Of a stretch of DNA of 20,000 nt, positions 11,934 through 20,000 are shown piece after piece. The notes below the pieces were generated by a model. It ran no database searches. It saw nothing but the letters and a program-made list of their open reading frames with translations, and had not been told where the DNA came from. Each line of letters starts with the position of its first letter. Position 1 is the stretch's first letter. Source of the stretch: Neolecta irregularis DAH-3 (lineage: Eukaryota); contig LXFE01002636.1 in assembly GCA_001929475.1 (NCBI GenBank), positions 56,947 to 76,946 on the forward strand, in the 5' to 3' direction. A program made the translations under genes and the position numbers.

Positions 11934-12108
11934 AACTCCTTTGTAAACCGAAAAAGGTGGGCTAGATTTGAATAATATCGTAGGAAAGCGAAACAAAAAT
12001 GAGTTCAGGAGATACCTTCGGTCGTTATCAATATTACGCCGTTTCCCGATTAGGTTAGCGTCAAATAACAACCGTTGAAACTCAAAAAATCATTCATTCT
12101 TTTTTAAA

Positions 12109-14777
12109 ATGCCGCCACGTAGAGCCACAAGCACTACTTTGACAGGAGTGCTTGATACAAAGATTATGGCAAAGATACACGAATTAGAAGAATATGAAAC
12201 GTCGAAAAATTCAAACGATTCCCTAACCGTCTCGCGAATTTACCAATATCTGCAAGAATCAGATCATGCATTTCGGAGGATGAAGAAGTCCATTCTTGAA
12301 AAAAGCATTGGACGGATATTGACAAGTTTCCAGGGAGAATTTAATGAGGAAGAACCTATCTCTCTCGATAGTGATTTTGAAGGGTTGGAAGAACAAGATT
12401 TGGTACAAGTTAAAGTACAAAGTCCACTTTCCTCGGACAATTAGAGCTGATACGTATCCTAGAACAAGAATGCGATGAATAAAGGGATAACCAGTTTATG
12501 GAAATCGCAAATTCCTTTCAATGCATCCGCAGAATCTATAAATCCGGATGACAAGAAACGTGATGGACTTCAGGATGAATCGACTATGCCGCCGAGTAAA
12601 CGAAAAGAAAGACCTGATGGAAAAGAAAGCGGATCTTCAAAGAAACATAAAGGTCAAGCTTGAGGTATATATAAGCTGACTGCTACAGTAGAAAACAAAT
12701 GGGCATCTCCTTCCAACATTAGTCTAGAAGATTTAGGAGGAGTAGAGGACTGTGTGGAGGAAATTCTGGAGCTGATTGCGATGCCGTTGTCTCATCCAGA
12801 GGTATACGCTTATACTGGAATTCAACCACCAAGGTATCCAAGGATTTTTTTTTGCCTAAGTTTATAGAGGCATACTTCTTCATGGACCACCAGGTTGTGG
12901 AAAAACCATGATGGCAAATGCTATTGCAGGAGTACTACAACTTGACTTGTCAGTCTTCTAACCCATATAGGAATTAAAAATTCCATTTATGTCTCTTTCT
13001 GCACCTTCAGTCGTATCTGGAATGTCTGGTGAATCAGAAAAGAAAGTTCGTGATATCTTTGAAGAAGCAAAACAGCTTGCACCGTGCATCGTATTCCTGG
13101 ATGAGATCGATGCAATCACTCCTAAACGTGAGAATGCTCAGCGAGAGATGGAAAGACGGATAGTCGCACAACTATTAACTTGTATGGATGGTACGTACAT
13201 CACATTGCTTTGAACTAGTTCATATTCAAGATCTATCCTTTGAGAAAACAAATGGGAAGCCAGTTTTGATTATTGGAGCTACGAATCGTCCCGATTCTTT
13301 AGATCCCGCGCTACGGAGAGCTGGACGATTTGACCGAGAGATTTGTATGAATGTACCCAGTGAAAAAGGTCGCGAGAGGTACATGAACAAGGAAATTGTT
13401 CCGCTGATTGTAATACAGTATTCTAAAAGTAATATCCAAAGGACTGCGATTATCTGGAGATTTAGATTTCAAATCGTTGGCTAGAATGACACCTGGCTAT
13501 GTTGGTGCTGATTTGAAAGCATTAACGGGTGCCGCTGGAGTTGCTGCTATCAAAAGAATATTCAAAGACCTGGCCCTCGTATTACCAAACCTGGATTGTA
13601 TAGATCTTGACAACGAAGATGATTCTGCCATGATCATCGAGGCCAACGATACAATGCCTCCCAATCAATTTTCTGCTGTACAAAAATTCCTGCAAATCCA
13701 TAAAACTGCACTGACACCCGAACAACTCGCACCATTGTCGATAACTCCAGAAGACTTTCTGACTGCTTTGCCGAAAATTCAACCCTCTTCGAAACGGGAG
13801 GGTTTTACTACTGTTCCAGATGTAACTTGGGCTGATGTCGGAGCTTTACAATCTATTCGGATCGAACTCCAGATGGCTATTGTACAACCCATCAAACGAC
13901 CAGAGTTGTATGCCAGTGTAGGTATCACAGCACCGGCTGGTGTTCTCCTCTGGGGCCCTCCAGGATGCGGTAAAACCTTATTAGCAAAAGCTGTAGCGAA
14001 TGAAAGTAAAGCGAATTTCATATCTGTCCGTGGACCTGAATTGCTAAACAAGGTTTTTCATTTCTTTTATGGAGGGATTCTAATAATTTAGTATGTTGGT
14101 GAATCTGAACGAGCTGTTCGGCAAGTGTTTCTTCGAGCGCGTGCATCAGCTCCCTGTGTAATATTTTTTGATGAGTTGGATGCATTGGTACCTCGACGAG
14201 ACGATTCCTTATCCGAGTCCTCCTCAAGGGTTGTTAATACGCTGCTGACCGAACTTGATGGCCTTGGAGATCGAAATGGCGTATATGTTATTGCGGCTAC
14301 CAACCGGCCGGATATAATTGATCCGGCAATGATGCGGCCGGGTCGACTCGATAAACCGCTATTTGTTGACCTGCCTAGCAAAGAAGAGCGGTTTGAGATA
14401 TTGAAGACATTGACCAAGAAGACACCGTTGTCACCAGATGTCCATCTAGCCGAGATTGCCATTGACACAAGATGCGAAAACTTTAGGTAATAGTTTCAAG
14501 ATCAACGGATGCTGATTATCGAAGCGGGGCTGATTTAGCTGCACTTGTCCGGGAAGCTGCTGTGGCTGCTTTGCGCATTGCTGTATTTGAAGATATTGCA
14601 CAGGGGGAACCATTGCTGAATGAATCTTCGAGCAAGTCGATCAAAGTGACCAGTGGAGATTTCCATAAAGCTTTCTCGAATGTACAGCCAAGTGTGTCTA
14701 CAAAAGACAGGCAAAAGTATACAATACTGAGTAAACGATATGGAATTCCAACCGCAGATCCAACCAAACAGTATTAG
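12109..14777 (+). CDS. RIX7: Ribosome biogenesis AAA+ ATPase Rix7 (NVL2 orthologue)
   Basis: 9 exons; introns 12415-12462, 12653-12688, 12834-12867, 12932-12970, 13191-13230, 13379-13418, 14053-14091, 14487-14524. Two AAA modules (GPPGCGKT twice; FLDEID and FFDELD Walker B) and Rix7-typical [34 protein letters not shown] and [10 protein letters not shown]. Confidence 0.95.
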
Positions 14778-14791
14778 ACTAGACTCGGTTA

Positions 14792-15355
14792 TTACGACTC
14801 CGTCTCTGCAGTTTGATAGCTAGGAGTAAACAATAAGGCTTATGGTAGATATGGGACATACTAGGAAGATTCTAGATCATGGGGCTTGTTTAATGTAATT
14901 ATAATGGTGATTATCGGTTTGATGTGTCTATATTATGAGAAATGCTGGAATCAACAGTACTTTGTCTCTTGTTTGAGCAACGACGGCTGAACTGGTTCGA
15001 AATCGTCTTCTGTATCCTCACAATGTCAATTTCGGAATGATAATAAACATACCTGGTGGCCGGTGGGATTAGACTTTGCCTTTTTTACGATTTCCAATGA
15101 AGCCAAGTTGGTCTTTTGCCACCAGATTTTCCCGGATTCATCCAAGCGACGTTTAATGATTTCGGAGATTGTGATGGCTTTCCCTGCTGCCGCGCCTGTT
15201 CCTTTAAACGAAACCGAATGGTGTTTGCCTAATGTTTCGAGTCCCCTGTTTACTGCTTTTGTAATATTACAAGACAGCGCGATATCCACCTCGTCAGATT
15301 CCTCTGTGATCTTTCTTTTTGCGCCCTGTGCATCTACAACAACATCTTGCGGCAT
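14792..15355 (-). CDS. Alba-domain protein, probably the Rpp25/Pop6-type RNase P/MRP subunit
   Basis: Exons 15355-15053, 15016-14961, 14927-14862, 14819-14792. Alba core VSFKGTGAAAGKAITISEIIKRR, then an acidic insert (DTEDDFEP), then a C-terminal beta strand PIITIIITL that appears only after splicing, followed by ..YQ.., matching the Rpp25/Pop6 layout. Confidence 0.72.
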
Positions 15356-15541
15356 GGACGACTGGTTTAGATGATTATAGTTTAGATGGTCCAGTTAAAA
15401 GGAGGCAAACACATCAAGGTGCCCTGGCGCAAAAAGACTGGGAATGTGCCTCACTCGCCATTCTCCCTCTCCTTCCCTTGTTTTCATGTGGGTGATTTTC
15501 TCGCTTCTTATTTGACTACTATTTCATGGTGGAGCCTCCAA

Positions 15542-16971
15542 ATGGGCTCCAAATGCAACGCGGCACATGATTGCCATACTGCTCTTTTGTCCTCTTGTAA
15601 GCTCTACTGTTCTCGCCGCAAATGCTAAATCCTAGCCATTGCAGATGCACGGTCGTTGTCGGATATCCTTGCCGAACAAATCGATCTCGAAATTCTGATT
15701 CGGCACAAGGAACTGCAAGAAATAGACCAGCAGATCCAGAGAGCAGAGACTACCCTATCGATCATAGTGCAGAGCAATGGTATCCAGCATGCCTTGATGT
15801 GTTTATCAAATAGAATACTCTTCAACCAAGACGCCCGTAAAAGCTCGCCACGATGCAACGAAATCCCCTTTCACTCCACCCTACTCGAATTCGCCCAAGA
15901 GGTTTGATACCACAGCCGCTGAACAATCTATCTCGGGGTATAGAGGTATAAAGGAAAAGAAAACACCAAGAATGTAGGCATAATCCAATACTGCAATTAA
16001 CTCTGTCAGGCTGACTTGTCCCGGCTGCAAACGCAGTAATTTCAGGAATATGGTGACCCTTCTTGCCCACTATCGTAGAACCCATGATGATAACCACTCG
16101 GCCAAAGAAACTGCTCCAATCTCTTGCAAATACGACGATGACCATCACATCGTTTCTCCGCTTCCTATACCATCAAAGCTACGCAACACTGAGCAAGAGA
16201 GGTTTTCTTTTTCCACACCATTTGCTTAGATTTAGTTCGCTTGATATTGTCGGCCTGTATTGTTCCTCTGGTGCCGATAAATTCTCGACGAGCAACGTAA
16301 AATATATCATCAGACACCCAACTGATACAGTCTAGGCCAATAATGGTTCGCAGAATAAGGAAAGTTTCCATGTAAATTGCCCTCAATTTCTCAAATCATT
16401 TCTTGAGAGTCAGTCCTCTGATATCGATATTACAGCGATTTACAACCACGTTACTGAACCAATCAACAATTACGAGTCAAATTCAACACCGTCGTCGAAT
16501 AAAGGTTCAGGCGTTGACTCTGGTCAGTATCATTTAAACCTGAGACCTGGACACCCGAAGCATAAAATTACTAAACAACAACAAAAACGAAGGAATCTTA
16601 CGAAACAAAAATGTCCAAAAGTACCACGATTGGTACCTATGGCCTCGAATATACCACAACGACGAATAGGCTTGAAATCACCGGATACACTACTTCATGT
16701 CCACCAAGGCCGCAAAACTCTCAAGTATCTTCGCAGTGAAAAGATACAGTCCACTGTAGGTTTAATGGAACGAACTGTATTGTCAAAGTCAAGATTTTAT
16801 CAAAAATTATTTCAGGCGACAGTAAATCGTGCGGATCTACTCACACCAACTAAATCCCACTCGCCATTTTCAAAAGGAAAAAACGCAAGTGTTGGGCTGG
16901 TTCCATATTCCTCTAAAACTCTTAAAAATTCGGTACATTCCTTTTGTCTAGATTTGATGCTAACTAAATAG
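15542..16971 (+). CDS. Ahc1-like protein (ADA histone acetyltransferase complex component) with a C2H2-type zinc finger; both ends of the model uncertain
   Basis: Predicted introns 15597-15635, 15780-15813, 15974-16009, 16202-16235, 16297-16335. N-terminal EQIDLEILIRHKELQEIDQQI resembles the fungal Ahc1 'LEILLKHxELRLIDQE' block, and LTCPGCKRSNFRNMVTLLAHYRRTH resembles the Ahc1 zinc finger. The frame is open from 16336 to the stop at 16971, but further introns there cannot be excluded. Confidence 0.62.
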
Positions 16972-17480
16972 TCTTGTCCGAGTGACACAAATTTGACGGA
17001 AAACTAGCAAATTTTTCTAATCCGTTAGCAACATTTAAAACTCGGATAAATTTGTCAAAACTAGGGGTTATGTCTTATTGCTTGTGGTACGCCGCCTAGT
17101 CAACTATATATATCCTGACATTATTAGCTTATCCAACTAATTTATTGGCCCCTGGCTGCGACTTTTGCTTAGTTCATTCGAAACAACCTTTTTTTGCAAT
17201 TCAATCATGACATTTACTTGCTGGTCATTTGTAAATATTCTGGTTGGAAGGATACCCGTATTATTTGTAGTCAGTGACGTATAGCTTGTGACAATGCGAT
17301 GTACGATAAGGATTACCTGGTTGGATTTATATCATATCTGGCTGTTTAAAGTGTAATAATCGCGGAGAGGGATTGCGTGTGATGATGATCGATTGGAAAG
17401 CGTTAGTTCAGTACAGTCGAGTACGTGCCACACCGCGTGGAAGGAATTTGAAACGACACGTAGTAACAGGATTTGCAATG

Positions 17481-17488
17481 TATATAAG
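17481..17488 (+). promoter_or_regulatory. TATA-box-like element upstream of the coiled-coil gene
   Basis: TATATAAG lies about 40-47 nt before the ATG at 17528. Confidence 0.4.
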
Positions 17489-17527
17489 GCGAGTCATCCC
17501 TGAGATTGACCTTCAATAAGAGTAAAT

Positions 17528-18020
17528 ATGACAGTGCCAAAGGTCGAGACTTCATCATCAAGGCCTCTTGCTCTCTGTCCCCTTCGTCGCTACGATGATG
17601 CATATGTCCAGTTACGTACGATTCACGAATTGGAAGACCTCAGGGACCGGTTTGCAGTCATGGTTTCTAGACTCAAGGAGTCCATGCTGCAAACTCGGGA
17701 AGAAATCGACCAATTGCAAGTTTCGTACAAAAAGCTCCAAACTGAGAACGAAGAGCTACAAAAGTCCAAATTCTCGCTTGAAGAAGATTTAGCATCTTCC
17801 ACAGAAGCTCATCAGAAAGAAACCGAAGCCCACAAGGATGAAGTCGCTGCCCTTCGCAAGGAAATCGCAGAGTTGACTGGTAAAAGTGAGGGTAAGGGCA
17901 AAAGACTGAACTTGCTAAATATCCTTATTAGCCGCCTCTGCTGAGTTGGCTGCTATCGAACGAGCTGGATCTTTAATGAGTAAAAAGAAAAAGACAACCA
18001 CTTTTTTTTCTCGGACATAG
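17528..18020 (+). CDS. Small coiled-coil protein of unknown function (~150 aa) with a polybasic C-terminus
   Basis: Exon 17528-17891, intron 17892-17931 (GTAAGG...GCTAAAT...TAG), exon 17932-18020 (AASAELAAIERAGSLMSKKKKTTTFFSRT*). Heptad-like E/K/Q/L-rich body. TATA-like element ~45 nt upstream. Confidence 0.7.
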
Positions 18021-18294
18021 GGGGTGGGGCAACGGAGATATGGGGGGGGGATTAGGAGGAATTAGTGTATACTTAGGTGTGCAGATATCGGCAAGATATG
18101 GTTAACTAGAAGAGAAGCCTTTGACGCCGCATTCCAGCATCGTTTATGCGTTATTAATACTGCAGAGTTTGTAAATTTTGATATTGAATGAATGTCATAA
18201 TATCGCTAAATTGCCAATACAAAAAAGTTCCCAACAAATCCAATGATGCTATATTCCAGTGAAAGCCATGCAAAAATCCAATGGTAGTGCAAGT

Positions 18295-18758
18295 TCAAAG
18301 AGACATTAATTCATCCTCACTGTCTCCTACGCTCAGTTTTTGACTCAGCTTGCGAACCCATAAGGTGTTGTTGCTAATATGTTCCTCAGGAACTCGAGCC
18401 AACCTCATATCCCAGATATCATCTTCCAGCTGAAGAAAAGGAATGTTATCGTGGCCTGGACTGTTGTTTGGAGTAGAAGTAGCTCTTGGAACGATCTTTG
18501 TGTAAAGCGGCCGAGACGCTTTAGCGCCAAGTGAGAGTGGTTCAGAAGGTTCAACTTTTTGCTTTAAATTGGTCTTGGAATTGGTCTTGATGCCAAGAAC
18601 ATTGATTGGTTTCCTGGTAGTGTGGACGAGAGAAGGTTCCGAATCTTTTGACTAAATAAGGCAAAAGAAGAGCAAGAACCTTGGTCTAGATGGACCTTGA
18701 AAGAACGAGCGTTCTTATAAGTAGATACTCTTCGAAATTTTTCCCGATGATCAGGCAT
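18295..18758 (-). CDS. Small (142 aa) disordered protein; candidate Moa1/Spo13/MEIKIN-type meiotic kinetochore factor
   Basis: Exon 18758-18680, 35-nt intron 18645-18679 (GTTCTT...AAAG), exon 18644-18295 (350 nt, stop-free until TGA). Protein: MPDHREKFRRVSTYKNARSFKVHLDQDSEPSLVHTTRKPINVLGIKTNSKTNLKQKVEPSEPLSLGAKASRPLYTKIVPRATSTPNNSPGHDNIPFLQLEDDIWDMRLARVPEEHISNNTLWVRKLSQKLSVGDSEDELMSL*. The existence of the gene is fairly well supported; the functional call is inference from short motifs. Confidence 0.6.
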
Positions 18759-19120
18759 GTTTAATCTGATTGCAGTGATAGTGCAGACTAGAGAAAGGTA
18801 GGGGGACGAGCTATTTTGGTGATGAGTAATAAACTGCTATGATTTGCCTGCAGTGCATACGACGCTATTTGTAGCGACGAGAAAGAATTTCAGAATTGCA
18901 CCAACGGGGATGAAGCATATAGTCTAGAAGAATGTTCTTTCTCTAGATGGAACATGGTACAAAATCGTAAAGAAATGAACCGCTGCTTTCGTTCTACCAC
19001 GAGCTAATAATATACTGAAAATAACCAACAAAACCGGCGAGGAACGCCTGACACCATAACCCCTTTTATGAACGACAACCGACACCGACCGTACCCATAA
19101 TGAAAGAGAAAAGGCGAGGT

Positions 19121-19476
19121 TTAAAAGGTGATAGTAATGCGTTTCCTCCAGAGATTGCCGGTCCAGAGCGGAGGCGGATGGTCTGTCGGAGAGTGCGGCC
19201 TGCAAAAAGCCTGCTGCTGTTGCAGCTGCTGGGTGCGGTGGGCGGTGGTGTTCTTTGAGTAGGAGTAGCGATCTGCGGAGGATAGTAGAGGCAGGGCGGC
19301 GGATGCAGAATGGGATCTGGGAGCCTGCAGATCTGCGAGGCGGCAGGTCTGGATACAGTCAGAAACCAATTGCAGGTTGGAGCAGTTAGCCGTGCCTGGG
19401 AACAGTACACAGCGCCTTCACGGACGCATTTATCGCAGACGAGACAAAAATCGAGACCAGGCACCTGCATTGCCAT
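19121..19476 (-). CDS. ecl1: Ecl1-family (extender of chronological lifespan) small Cys4 protein, 102 aa
   Basis: Exon 19476-19396 (MAMQVPGLDFCLVCDKCVREGAVYCSQ), GC-AG intron 19349-19395, exon 19348-19121 (TCRLADLQAPRSH...). Splicing gives the family motif FCxxCD..YCSxxCRLxD. Confidence 0.82.
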
Positions 19477-19939
19477 TGTGCACGTATTGTATTGTTGGGA
19501 TACGAAGCTGGTACGAATACAGGGTGTATGTTAACAGTACTGCATACGAGTCAGTCCTGCAGATGACGCCTGATACATGATTACCAGGTGCTTTTGAGCC
19601 AGAAATCGGGTGATACACAGAGGATGGTGGTGAGGAAAGTGTCTGCTCAATGCAAAAGATGCCGGGCACCCGGCGGCTTTTGTAGTAACGCACTTATGGC
19701 GTCACCCTCGCCCGAAAGGGACTAGCACGGTGCCCTGTGATCCGCTGCTTACAACGCTCATCACGCAATGGTCTCCTCATCGCTTTTGTAATCAAATCCA
19801 CCAATCACGCGCCCTTGTCTGACTGGTCCTGTGCATTTCGCCTTCTCTCTGGATAGATTGCACCGCAACACATGACTGTAAAGATAAACTGATAAACACC
19901 AAACATTCTCCATATCCTGTCTATCTAGACCTTATCTAC

Positions 19940-19949
19940 NNNNNNNNNN
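19940..19949. other. Assembly gap (10 N)
   Basis: Run of ten n characters. Confidence 0.99.
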
Positions 19950-20000
19950 TTGAGTACTCGTTCCGCCAAAGTGCTGCTCATCCCCATCTCATACTTGATC

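Noticed and set aside
16989-17064. Imperfect direct repeat AAATTTG..AAAACTAG in AT-rich intergenic DNA
   Set aside because: Two short degenerate copies only; no terminal inverted repeats, target-site duplication or array structure.
17311-17322. TTACCTGG resembling the U1 snRNA 5' end
   Set aside because: It lacks the full ATACTTACCTG, and I could not see U1 stem-loops or an Sm site downstream.
17375-17505. Possible box C/D snoRNA (ATGATGA at ~17382, CTGA at ~17500)
   Set aside because: No terminal stem or recognisable rRNA guide, and the interval includes the TATA-like element of the downstream gene. A promoter is the simpler reading; an Infernal/snoscan run would settle it.
4263-19476. A sulfur-response cluster linking cysteine synthase and ecl1
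   Set aside because: The genes are ~14 kb apart with unrelated housekeeping genes between them; nothing supports a functional cluster.
19430-19693. 87-aa minus-strand ORF overlapping the ecl1 start, and plus-strand ORFs at 19310-19580
   Set aside because: The minus ORF begins at GTG, and none has recognisable protein features; they are most likely leader/promoter or antisense sequence.
19548-19704. bZIP-like half sites (TGACTC, TGACG) upstream of ecl1
   Set aside because: Five- to six-base matches are expected by chance, and two fall inside the putative uORF; not supportable without conservation data.

Overview
Eukaryotic (fungal) genomic DNA, very gene-dense, with many ultra-short spliceosomal introns (32-48 nt by my manual reconstruction). 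The style suggests an early-diverging ascomycete (Taphrinomycotina, possibly Neolecta-like; inference). Twelve protein-coding genes could be assembled by hand: an NRP1/ARP-type RNA-binding protein (runs off the left edge), condensin subunit YCG1/cnd3, cysteine synthase (cys11/cysB), FGAM synthase ADE6, an SLC25 mitochondrial carrier, VPS20, the AAA ATPase RIX7, an Alba/Rpp25-like protein, an Ahc1-like C2H2 protein, an orphan coiled-coil protein, a small spliced gene only partly seen in the ORF track, and an Ecl1-family gene. The right end is the most interesting part. The small spliced gene (18295-18758, minus) has the motif architecture of a Moa1/Spo13/MEIKIN meiotic kinetochore factor plus an ABBA-like motif. 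The ecl1-like gene needs a non-canonical GC-AG intron to complete its Cys4 motif and has a Cys-terminated uORF upstream. No mobile element, CRISPR array, rRNA or tRNA was seen. There is a 10-N assembly gap at 19940-19949. All gene models and homologies come from reading the sequence and remembered family motifs; no searches were run.
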